In this document: positions 18,530-27,389 of the stretch, in pieces
Layout of the letters: every line of letters starts with the position of its first letter
How positions within the stretch are numbered: the stretch's first letter is position 1
Assembly (NCBI GenBank): GCA_002361935.1
Contig: DESD01000021.1
Span: 10,872-74,871, forward strand
Origin: Ruminococcaceae bacterium UBA3323
Lineage (GTDB): Bacteria > Bacillota > Clostridia > Oscillospirales > Acutalibacteraceae
Direction: 5' to 3'
DNA length: 64,000 bases
Notes under the pieces: generated by a model
Seen by the model: only the letters and a program-made list of their open reading frames with translations
Databases searched by the model: none
What the model was told of the DNA's origin: nothing
Position numbers and translations under genes: made by a program

Positions 18530-20143
18530 TCACGCCTTACTTGCTTTTTCCATATCAGCAAGAAATGCTTCAATTTCATCCTTGCGAAGCTTCATGGAAG
18601 CCATATTAACAATAACCCTTGCAGAAATAGGGAAAATTTCCTCTACAACCTCAAGCCCGTTTTCTTTTAAAGTTGAACCTGTTTCCACAATATCAACAAT
18701 GCCGTCTGCCAAACCGAGAAGAGGCGCAAGCTCAACACTGCCTTCAATTTTAATAATATCCACATCCATACCCTTTGATTTAAAGAAATCTCTTGCAACC
18801 TTCGGATATTTTGATGCAACTGTTTTTCTTTTATAACCACTGAAAAAATCCGTATTTTTAGGACAGGCCAGCGCAAATCGGCACTTGCCGAGGTTTAAAT
18901 CCATAACCTCATAAAAGGAGCTGCCATGCTCAACAATTGTATCCTTTCCCACAACACCGATATCGCAGACACCGTGTTCAACATAGGTGATGACATCCGG
19001 TGCTTTTGAAAGAACAGCCTCATACTTATCAACGGGAAGAATTAATCTTCTGCCTTTGTTTTCAAGTTCACTTGTATCAAGCCCCATTTTCTGAAAAAGA
19101 CTGACCGATGATTTTTCAAGCCTGCCCTTTGTTAATGCAATTCGGATAGGACGCTCCACATTAATAACTTCATTCTTGGCATCACAGAGTGCATTAACAT
19201 CAACGCCAAAACCGATAGCCGGAACATCCAGACCGAATTCAGCAATAAGATTATCATATCTTCCGCCTGAAAGTATTGTTGCACCCGAGCCTTCTGCATA
19301 TCCCCTGAAAATAACGCCTGTATAATAATTTGAACGGTTAACAAGCCCCAAATCTATCATCACGGCATCAGAAATTTTCATTTCTTCAAGTTTGCCCAAA
19401 AGCGTTTTCAGATAATCAAGTGCTTTATCCGAATTTTCACTCTGATAAAGCTTTTTCGCTTCATCCAGCACCTCTGTACCGCCGAAAAGACGGGGAAGCT
19501 TATGGAGTACCTGTGTTTCCGGAGTATTTCCGATTTCATCAAGCAAATCACCGAGGGCTGCGTAATTCTTACCCTCGATAAGCTTGCATATCTCTGACTT
19601 TTCGGTTGAAGATAAATCCATTTTATCAAGCACAGCATTGAAAAAACCTGCATGGCCGATTTCAATCTTAAATGAATTAACACTTGACCTTTTCAGTGCC
19701 TCAACCGCCATAGAGATAACCTCTATATCAGCCTCAAGTGAAGCATCACCGATAAATTCAATTCCGCTCTGAGGAATTTCATCCGTAGTTCCTGCAAGCA
19801 CCTTGTTCTTAACAAAAACATTCTGGTTGTAATAAAGCCTTACAGGAAAATCTGCCTCTTTGAGCCTTGTTGCAACAAGACGGGCAATCGGCATTGTATT
19901 ATCCGGACGAAGCACTGTTGTTCTGCCGTGATTATCGGTTAATTTATACATATCATCGGCCTCAATGCCTGCATTCCCGTTTGTAAATACATCAAAAAAT
20001 TCAATCGCCGGGGTTACAACCTTACGATATGAATTTTCCTTGTATAGCGTCGAAAGTGCAGTTTCCACATTCTTTCTGTCGTCACATTCGTCAAAAAGAA
20101 AATCACGGCTGCCCTCGGGTGTTATATTTGAATATCTTTTCAT
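18530..20143 (-). CDS. hisZ-hisG: Fused ATP phosphoribosyltransferase: HisZ regulatory domain (N-terminal ~325 aa) plus short-form HisG (C-terminal ~210 aa)
   Basis: N: TPEG.RD.L, LRPDNT.PIAR, QSGIE, YYTG..F, GGRYD.L. C: IALTKGRL, YVE.G..D.G.VGKD, ASKYP, GSVELAP..GLAD.IVDIVETG.TL.ENGL. One uninterrupted 537-aa frame. Confidence 0.92.
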   Translation of the reverse strand: MKRYSNITPEGSRDFLFDECDDRKNVETALSTLYKENSYRKVVTPAIEFFDVFTNGNAGIEADDMYKLTDNHGRTTVLRPDNTMPIARLVATRLKEADFPVRLYYNQNVFVKNKVLAGTTDEIPQSGIEFIGDASLEADIEVISMAVEALKRSSVNSFKIEIGHAGFFNAVLDKMDLSSTEKSEICKLIEGKNYAALGDLLDEIGNTPETQVLHKLPRLFGGTEVLDEAKKLYQSENSDKALDYLKTLLGKLEEMKISDAVMIDLGLVNRSNYYTGVIFRGYAEGSGATILSGGRYDNLIAEFGLDVPAIGFGVDVNALCDAKNEVINVERPIRIALTKGRLEKSSVSLFQKMGLDTSELENKGRRLILPVDKYEAVLSKAPDVITYVEHGVCDIGVVGKDTIVEHGSSFYEVMDLNLGKCRFALACPKNTDFFSGYKRKTVASKYPKVARDFFKSKGMDVDIIKIEGSVELAPLLGLADGIVDIVETGSTLKENGLEVVEEIFPISARVIVNMASMKLRKDEIEAFLADMEKASKA

Positions 20144-20161
20144 AGTTTATCTCCTTGATTA

Positions 20162-20196
20162 CACTTTAGCGTGCTAACGTGCTACTATGCTAACAC
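20162..20196. promoter_or_regulatory. Putative HisR-type operator (20-bp pseudo-palindrome plus an overlapping second site)
   Basis: CACTTTAGCGTGCTAACGTG (20162-20181) and GTGCTACTATGCTAACAC (20179-20196), lying over the +1/-10 region of the his promoter. Confidence 0.65.
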
Positions 20197-20215
20197 ATTG
20201 AAACTGTAATGTCAA
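20187..20215 (-). promoter_or_regulatory. sigmaA promoter of the his operon
   Basis: TTGACA-17 nt-TAGCAT, with TG upstream of the -10. Confidence 0.8.
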
Positions 20216-20218
20216 CCA

Positions 20219-23200
20219 TTAAAATAAAGAAATCTGATTACTGTCCGGCAAATCGCCCAGAGCGCCGCATTCACGAAGTGATTCAACAACACTGGAACCG
20301 ATATGCGCTCTTGCCATTAAATCATCACAGGAAATAAAATCACCATTGCCGTCGTGAACAGCATCATAAATGGATTTGGCAGCATTTTCTCCAACGCCTG
20401 AAATAGCGGAAAACGGAAGCCTGATTTTACCGTCTTCAATCTTATAGACACGCCAATCCGATTTATACAAATCAACAGACAGAAATTCTATTCCCCTTGC
20501 AAGCATTTCTATAACAATCTGATTAACAACATAGGTTGATTCTTCTTTAGCAGTAATCGGATCATTGTTTTTCTTTTTAGCATTATATTCATTCATTTTT
20601 GCCTTAACCGCCGCTTTGCCCGCAACTGCCGAAACGGCATCCAAATCGCCGCCACGAACGGTAAAATAAGCAGAATAAAAATGAATGGGATAATAAATTT
20701 TATACCACGCAAGGCGAAGCGCCGCAATAACATAAGCGGCGGCATGCGCCTTCGGGAACATGTATTTGATTTTATAACAGGAATCAATATACCACTGCTC
20801 AACACCGATTGTTTTCATTGCTTCCTCATACGGCGGAAGCTCTTTCGGAGCCTTACCCTTACGGGTATATTCCATAATCTTGAAGCAATCCTTCTTTGAT
20901 AGAGGAGATTCCTTTCCGGTTTCCTTTTCATATTTTTCTGCAACATGAATAAGATGCGTCATAATATCATCACGGCATCCGATAACCTCGGAAATCGTAC
21001 AGGTACCATTCTGAATAAGCTCCTGCGCATTACCGAGCCAAACATCCGTGCCATGTGAAAGCCCTGAAATCTGAAGCAAATCGGCAAAGGTTTTTGGCTG
21101 AGCCTCTTCAAGCATTCCGATAACAAACGGCGTTCCCATTTCGGGAATAGCAAGCGTGCCGGTATTACAGCCGATATCCTCAGGTGCCACGCCGATCGGC
21201 TCTGTTGATGTAATCAGCTGATAAAGCTTCGGATCGGCAAGATCAACATCCATAACGGGAATTCCGGTTGAATCCTCAAGATATTTATAAAGCGTGGGAT
21301 TATCGTGACCAAGTTCATCAAGCTTAAGCAATGTATCGTGAAGTGAATTTTTAAAGTCAAAATGCGTTGTATAGGTTCCCTTTGATGCATCGTTTGACGG
21401 ATACTGAATCGGTGTAAAATCTTCAACAGTATATTTATCCGGAACTACAACCATTCCGCCCGGGTGCTGACCTGTTGTGCGCTTAATACCTGTGCAGCCC
21501 TTGGTTAATCGGTCTATTTCCGCTCTTGGAGTACCGACAATATTGCGCTCATCAAGATATTTCATAACATAGCCGTATGCCGTTTTATCGGCAACAGTTG
21601 CCATTGTTCCTGCCTTAAACACATAATCCTTACCGAAAAGCTCTTCGGTATATCTATGGGAGCGTGACTGATATTCCCCGCTGAAATTAAGGTCGATATC
21701 CGGCTCCTTATCACCGTCAAACCCAAGGAAGGTTTCAAACGGAATTTCGTGGCCGTCACGTTTCATGGGTGTTCCGCATTCCGGGCAATTTTTCGGCGGC
21801 AGATCAAAGCCCGAGCCATATTCACCGTGAAGGAAAAATTCACTGTGCTTACAATTCTTACAATAATAATGCGGAGCAAGAGGATTAACCTCTGATATAC
21901 CGCCGAAATGGGCAGCAAGAGAAGAGCCTACTGAGCCTCTTGATCCAACAAGATATCCGTTTCGCTCACTCTCCTCAACAAGACGCTTTGCAATAACATA
22001 CAGCACACCGAAGCCATGGCCGATAATAGAATCCAGCTCACGCTGAAGACGGCCTGCAACATATTCGGGAACAGGATCGCCGTAAAGTTCCTTTGCCATA
22101 GACCAGCATTTTTCTGTTAACTCCTCGTTGGCACCGTCAATATGCGGCTGGAATGTTCCGGGAGGAATAGGCGGAATATTATCCATAACCATATCCGCAA
22201 TTTTATTTGGATTATCAATAACAAATTCCTTTGCCCTGTCCCCTGCCCATGCAAAATCAGCAAGCATTTCATCCGTTGTTTTAAAATAGAGAGGTGCCTG
22301 ATTATCGGCATCATCAAAACCCTTTGACGCCATAATGATAGCACGGAACTTTGCATCCTTTTCATCAAGGAAATGAACATCTCCCGTAGCAACAACAGGC
22401 TTGCCAAGCTTATCTGCAAGCGCAATGATTTTCTTGTTAATATTGATTAAATCTTCCTCGGTATTTACCTTCCAATGAAGATTTTTCTTTTCTTCGCCTT
22501 TTTTATTTGTTATATATTCCTGATCGCTTGTGCGAAGCATAAAAGCATTATTTCCGTTTGGCTGAATTTCAAGATAATCATAAAAGGAAGCAATTCTTTC
22601 AAGTTCTTCCTCAGACTCCTCACACAGAATCGCCTGATAAAGCTCACCCTGTTCACAGGCAGAGCCTAAAATCAATCCGTCACGCTTGGCTGCAAGCATG
22701 GATTTCGGAATAAGCGGACGGGTTTTATAGGTTTTTACATTTGAATGAGAAATAAGCTCATAAAGATTCTTTCTTCCGTATTTTCTTTCCTCTTTCGGAA
22801 TGCTTTCATCAAGAGAGGTATCCTCTTTTACAAGCAGAATAATGTGATGCCGTTTAAACTGATTATTTTTCAGCTTCATAAAATTGGGATATTTTTCATC
22901 ATCTACCAAATATCCTTCCATGCCAAGAATGAGTTTTATCTTTCCCTTGGCAGCATTATATGCTTCCGGAAGAGCCTGTACAACGCCATGATCTGTAACC
23001 GCTATTGCCTTATGTCCCCATTTAATTGCTCTGTTTATAAGCGCTTTCGGAGCAGTTATGCCATCCATTTCGGAAAGTGAGGTATGAAGATGAAGCTCAA
23101 CTCTTTTTTCCTCTGCGTGATCCTCTTTTTCGGCTTTAAGAACGGTTTGAATACTGTCCGGAGTAATCATATATTTTCCGGAAAAGCTATCCTCCTTATA

Positions 23201-24061
23201 TCCGCCTCTGACAATAAGGGTCTGCGCGTCTGCTATTTTGGAAGCAACGGCTTCAACAACATCCTTCGTATCAAAAACCTTTACGGATACAGACGAGGTG
23301 TAATCCGTTATATCAAAGGTTAAAATTTTATAATAGCCTCTTTTTGTATCCTTCAGCTCATAATTCAGTATATCGCCCCAGACAGTTGCAATACCTGTAT
23401 CAAAAGCAAGATCGCTGATCGGCATAGGCTTTTCCTTTATACCTTTTCCGAAAATTGTTTTTGCAGTATCTATGTAAATCGGCAAATCCCCGAGAAGAGT
23501 ATGCTTTATATTTTTAATCTCTTCCTTTTTCATTTCCTCTTCTTTAGCTTTCTTCTCGGCAGCCGCCGCCTTAGCAGCCTTTTCAACATCATAGCTTTCG
23601 GTTTCTATCATTTCGGTTTTTACGGATATGCCGAACATTTCAAGAAGGGCATTTTCAATATCCTTGTCCACACCCTGTGCCAGAAGCAAATCAAGACCGC
23701 CCTTTTTAAGCGAAATTTTAAGCACGTCCGTTTCAAGCAAAACATCGGCATCATCAAAAAAGCCGTTTGCCGCGGGATTTCTTCTTTTCACATAATCAAT
23801 AACGGATGAAAAATACCCGAGTTCAAACAAATCACTCAAATATCTTGGCTTAATGATAACCTTTTTAAGCTGCATTGCACCTTTTATATCTTTTTCTGCC
23901 GTTGCTATTTCTGAATACGGTACAAGCTCGGGAAGCGTAAGAGTAATATAAACCTCCCTGGCTTCTTTTTTTATGGTAAGACGGTCTATAACACCATCGC
24001 CAAGGCTTGACAATTGATAAGCATTAACATAACCGCCGAAATAATCTTTAAACAAACGCAT
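20219..24061 (-). CDS. polC: DNA polymerase III PolC-type alpha subunit lacking the exonuclease insert
   Basis: OB fold, PHP (ELHLHT..S.MDG, TDHG, GME, GSACE, GDVH), GSRGSVGSS, C4 Zn finger, KEPDIDLNFS, KLD.LGH, YMFPKAHAAAY; no DxETTG DEDDh block. Confidence 0.95.
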   Translation of the reverse strand: MRLFKDYFGGYVNAYQLSSLGDGVIDRLTIKKEAREVYITLTLPELVPYSEIATAEKDIKGAMQLKKVIIKPRYLSDLFELGYFSSVIDYVKRRNPAANGFFDDADVLLETDVLKISLKKGGLDLLLAQGVDKDIENALLEMFGISVKTEMIETESYDVEKAAKAAAAEKKAKEEEMKKEEIKNIKHTLLGDLPIYIDTAKTIFGKGIKEKPMPISDLAFDTGIATVWGDILNYELKDTKRGYYKILTFDITDYTSSVSVKVFDTKDVVEAVASKIADAQTLIVRGGYKEDSFSGKYMITPDSIQTVLKAEKEDHAEEKRVELHLHTSLSEMDGITAPKALINRAIKWGHKAIAVTDHGVVQALPEAYNAAKGKIKLILGMEGYLVDDEKYPNFMKLKNNQFKRHHIILLVKEDTSLDESIPKEERKYGRKNLYELISHSNVKTYKTRPLIPKSMLAAKRDGLILGSACEQGELYQAILCEESEEELERIASFYDYLEIQPNGNNAFMLRTSDQEYITNKKGEEKKNLHWKVNTEEDLININKKIIALADKLGKPVVATGDVHFLDEKDAKFRAIIMASKGFDDADNQAPLYFKTTDEMLADFAWAGDRAKEFVIDNPNKIADMVMDNIPPIPPGTFQPHIDGANEELTEKCWSMAKELYGDPVPEYVAGRLQRELDSIIGHGFGVLYVIAKRLVEESERNGYLVGSRGSVGSSLAAHFGGISEVNPLAPHYYCKNCKHSEFFLHGEYGSGFDLPPKNCPECGTPMKRDGHEIPFETFLGFDGDKEPDIDLNFSGEYQSRSHRYTEELFGKDYVFKAGTMATVADKTAYGYVMKYLDERNIVGTPRAEIDRLTKGCTGIKRTTGQHPGGMVVVPDKYTVEDFTPIQYPSNDASKGTYTTHFDFKNSLHDTLLKLDELGHDNPTLYKYLEDSTGIPVMDVDLADPKLYQLITSTEPIGVAPEDIGCNTGTLAIPEMGTPFVIGMLEEAQPKTFADLLQISGLSHGTDVWLGNAQELIQNGTCTISEVIGCRDDIMTHLIHVAEKYEKETGKESPLSKKDCFKIMEYTRKGKAPKELPPYEEAMKTIGVEQWYIDSCYKIKYMFPKAHAAAYVIAALRLAWYKIYYPIHFYSAYFTVRGGDLDAVSAVAGKAAVKAKMNEYNAKKKNNDPITAKEESTYVVNQIVIEMLARGIEFLSVDLYKSDWRVYKIEDGKIRLPFSAISGVGENAAKSIYDAVHDGNGDFISCDDLMARAHIGSSVVESLRECGALGDLPDSNQISLF

Positions 24062-25113
24062 TATAATTTATCTATCTCTTTCATTAATTCTTCAAGTAAT
24101 TTATCCTCGGGAACTTTTCGAAGTATTTCTCCCTTTTTAAAAATAAGTCCGTTGCCGTCTCCTCCTGCAATGCCGATATCGGCTTCCTTTGCTTCTCCGG
24201 GACCGTTTACGATACAGCCCATAACGGCAACCTTAATTGGTTTTTTGCAATCCTTTAATCTTTCTTCAACCTGTTTTGCAAGACCGATTAAATCAATTTT
24301 TGTTCTGCCGCAGGTTGGGCAGGAAATAAGATAAGGGCAATCCTTTTTCAGCCCTACTGCTTTTAAAATATCAAATGCCGCAAATACCTCTTTCACAGGT
24401 TTATCGGAAAGACTTACACGAATCGTATCGCCTATTCCCCTTGTTAAAAGAGAGCCTATTCCAACGGATGATTTGATTATGCCCATCCTTTCCGTTCCTG
24501 CTTCTGTTACACCAAGATGAAGAGGATATCTGCATTTTTCAGAGGCAAGCTCATAAGCGGAAATCATTGTATTCACATCCGATGATTTGATTGAAATAAC
24601 AATATCATCAAAATCAAACTTCTCAAGAAGTGATGCATGATACAGTGCGGATTCAACCATGGCTTCCGGTGTCGGAGAGCCGTACTTTGCAAGAATTTCT
24701 TTTTCAAGGCTGCCGCTGTTTACACCTATTCTGATAGGAAGCCCCTTTAATCTGCATATATCGGCAACCGCCTTAACTCTTGATTCATCGCCGATATTAC
24801 CCGGATTAATTCTGATTTTATCTATTCCTCTTTCAGCTGCACCAAGTGCAAGCTTATAATCAAAATGAATATCTGCAACAAGAGGAACATCAACAGCCTT
24901 TTTTATAGGCTCTATAAGCGCAAGCGCCTTATCATCGGGAATTGCAAAACGAATTACCTGACAGCCTGCTGCGGCAAGCTCCTTTGCCTGTTCAACCGAG
25001 CCCTTGATATCAGAAGCAGGCATGTTAAGCATAGACTGAACAAGAACAGGCGCATCTCCGCCGATAAAAGTATTTTTCAGCTTTATTTTTTTTGTTTCTC
25101 TTCTTTTAATCAT
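24061..25113 (-). CDS. ispG: HMBPP synthase
   Basis: VQSM, PLVADIHFDY, RINPGNIG, IRIGVNSGSL, HLGVTEAG, GIGDTIRVSL, SCPTCGRT, VMGC.VNGPGEA. Confidence 0.97.
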   Translation of the reverse strand: MIKRRETKKIKLKNTFIGGDAPVLVQSMLNMPASDIKGSVEQAKELAAAGCQVIRFAIPDDKALALIEPIKKAVDVPLVADIHFDYKLALGAAERGIDKIRINPGNIGDESRVKAVADICRLKGLPIRIGVNSGSLEKEILAKYGSPTPEAMVESALYHASLLEKFDFDDIVISIKSSDVNTMISAYELASEKCRYPLHLGVTEAGTERMGIIKSSVGIGSLLTRGIGDTIRVSLSDKPVKEVFAAFDILKAVGLKKDCPYLISCPTCGRTKIDLIGLAKQVEERLKDCKKPIKVAVMGCIVNGPGEAKEADIGIAGGDGNGLIFKKGEILRKVPEDKLLEELMKEIDKL

Positions 25114-25148
25114 AATTTTTACCTCTATCTAATTTTGCATTCATCAAA

Positions 25149-26189
25149 TTAAAACAGCCTTTTTATATCCGAAAATGTTACAAAGAACATAAGAAGCAGC
25201 AATAAAGCAAGACCGACTGCATTGATAATATATTCCCATTTTGCAGGAAGCTTTCTCTTCGTTATGCCCTCTGCAAGAAGCACGAAGAAACGCCAGCCAT
25301 CAAGAGCAGGAATCGGGAAAAGATTGAACAGACCGACATTTATTGTTAGCAATGCCATGATTCTGAGCATGGAGCTGAAGCTTGTTTTAACAGCATCCGA
25401 AACAACGGAAACAGCGCCTACCGGACCGCTTAAATCCGATAATCCATACTTGCCTACAAGAATATCATGGATAGAAAGAAACACCATTCGTGCATACGAA
25501 ACAAAATTGCCCGCTGTGCTGGATAAAACTCCTGTAAAGGTCTTTTCCTTGCCAAGCAGCCAAAAGTCCATTTTGATATACTGATGCCCCTCATACTCAT
25601 CCATATCAAAGGAAATATTAAGGGTAACGTCCTTTCCGTTCCTGTTTACAATCATTTCAACCTTTCCGTCTGATGAACGGGAAAAGCCCGTATTCACATC
25701 GGTTGGTGTATAAACCCTCATACCGTCTATCGCCTTGATTTCATCGCCTGCCTGAAGCCCGTATGACGGGCTGACAGCATCATCGGCAAATTTTGCAACG
25801 GTTGTTGTGCCGACTAAATTCTGATTGCATACAAGACAAAGAACAATGACAAAGCCGAGCAGCAGATTCATAATTGCGCCTGCAACTACAACAAAAATTC
25901 TTGCGCCAACCTTTTTCTTGGAAAAGGAGCCGTCGCCGTCTGACTCCTCATCCTCACCCTCCATGGCACAAAAGCCGCCTATCGGGAACAGCCGAACGGA
26001 ATACCTTGTTTCTTTCCTTTGAAAAGAAATGATTTTTGGACCCATACCGATTGCAAATTCATTTACCTTTATTTTCATAAGCTTTGCAGCAACAAAATGA
26101 CCGCCCTCATGAATAATAACAATAAATTCAAAAAATAAAATTGCAATTATGATTGGATAAGCTGCATTCCATATTGATGATAAATTCAC
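25149..26189 (-). CDS. rseP: Site-2 intramembrane zinc metalloprotease RseP/RasP
   Basis: HEGGH (HExxH), GGFCAMEGE, PDZ-like region, NLFPIPALDG. Confidence 0.93.
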   Translation of the reverse strand: MNLSSIWNAAYPIIIAILFFEFIVIIHEGGHFVAAKLMKIKVNEFAIGMGPKIISFQRKETRYSVRLFPIGGFCAMEGEDEESDGDGSFSKKKVGARIFVVVAGAIMNLLLGFVIVLCLVCNQNLVGTTTVAKFADDAVSPSYGLQAGDEIKAIDGMRVYTPTDVNTGFSRSSDGKVEMIVNRNGKDVTLNISFDMDEYEGHQYIKMDFWLLGKEKTFTGVLSSTAGNFVSYARMVFLSIHDILVGKYGLSDLSGPVGAVSVVSDAVKTSFSSMLRIMALLTINVGLFNLFPIPALDGWRFFVLLAEGITKRKLPAKWEYIINAVGLALLLLLMFFVTFSDIKRLF

Positions 26190-26222
26190 TAAATCGCCTC
26201 TTTTTAGCTTTCGCCAAATTTG

Positions 26223-27389
26223 TTAAATACTGTTTCTGACAAACTCTCTTGCTGCCTTATCTGTTTCAAGAACATCATCAAGAGTAAAATTCTTCTTTTC
26301 GGGTGCATTACACATTGCCTTATCATTAAGATATGCAATATCGGTAAATTTAATTTTACCATCCAGAAAAAGTTTTACACTTTCTTCATTTGCACCGTTT
26401 GCGGCAGCAGGATGAAGGCCGCCCAACTCTATTGCATTTTTGCAAACATCCATACACTTAAAGGTTTTATAATCAGGTTCAAAAAACGTAAGCTTGCCAT
26501 AATCTGCAAGAGAAAGCGGAGCAACAGGACTCGGCTTACGTTCGGGATAAGTTAAAGCATACTGAATCGGGATTCTCATATCGGGAACACCAAGCTGCGC
26601 AATCATGGAATTATCCTGATAAACAATTGCCGAATGCACAACCGATTCACGGTGAACAACAATCTCAATATCTTCGCCCGGCATATCAAAAAGCCACTTG
26701 GCCTCTATAAACTCCAGACCCTTGTTCATCATTGTAGCAGAATCTATGGTGATTTTTTGCCCCATATCCCAGTTGGGATGCTTTAACGCATCAGCCGCAG
26801 TTACAGTTTCAAGCTCTTCAGCCGTTTTTCCGAAGAAAGGACCGCCCGATGCAGTTAATATGATTTTCTTTATTGCTGATTTTGACGGGCTTCCCTGCAT
26901 TGCCTGAAAAATAGCGGAATGCTCACTGTCTACAGGAAGAATGGAAACGCCGTATTCCTTTGCAAGATTTGTAACAAGATGCCCTCCGGCAACAAGTGTT
27001 TCCTTGTTTGCAAGCGCAATGGTTTTCTTTGCCCTGATAGCCTCAAGCGTGGGCTGAAGTCCTATCATTCCCACAACGGAATTCAGCACTGTATCTGCAC
27101 CTGAATAAGTTGCACATTCAATAATTCCGTCCAATCCTGCAACAACTTTTGTATCTGTATCCAAAATTTTAACTTTTAAATCGCTTGCCGCTTTTTCCTG
27201 CATCATACAAACCATTTCCGGCTTGAATTCACGAATCTGTGCTTCCATTAAATTAACATTGGAATGTGCAGTTAAGCATTTTACATTGCAGCCATGCATA
27301 CGGCAAACATCAAGTGACTGCGTACCGATAGAACCTGTTGAACCCAGAATTGAAATATTTTTCATTTTATTCACCTCAGAAAAAAGCAA
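26223..27389 (-). CDS. dxr: 1-deoxy-D-xylulose-5-phosphate reductoisomerase
   Basis: LGSTGSIGTQ, LANKE.LV, LPVDSEHSA, LTASGGPF, HPNW.MG.KITIDSAT, NKGLE. True start may be about 8 codons downstream. Confidence 0.97.
   Translation of the reverse strand: MLFSEVNKMKNISILGSTGSIGTQSLDVCRMHGCNVKCLTAHSNVNLMEAQIREFKPEMVCMMQEKAASDLKVKILDTDTKVVAGLDGIIECATYSGADTVLNSVVGMIGLQPTLEAIRAKKTIALANKETLVAGGHLVTNLAKEYGVSILPVDSEHSAIFQAMQGSPSKSAIKKIILTASGGPFFGKTAEELETVTAADALKHPNWDMGQKITIDSATMMNKGLEFIEAKWLFDMPGEDIEIVVHRESVVHSAIVYQDNSMIAQLGVPDMRIPIQYALTYPERKPSPVAPLSLADYGKLTFFEPDYKTFKCMDVCKNAIELGGLHPAAANGANEESVKLFLDGKIKFTDIAYLNDKAMCNAPEKKNFTLDDVLETDKAAREFVRNSI

Noticed and set aside
19150-19170. TAATG string at the HisZ-HisG linker as a relic stop/start overlap
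   Set aside because: Its ATG is out of frame with HisG, and the 5-mer is common in AT-rich DNA.
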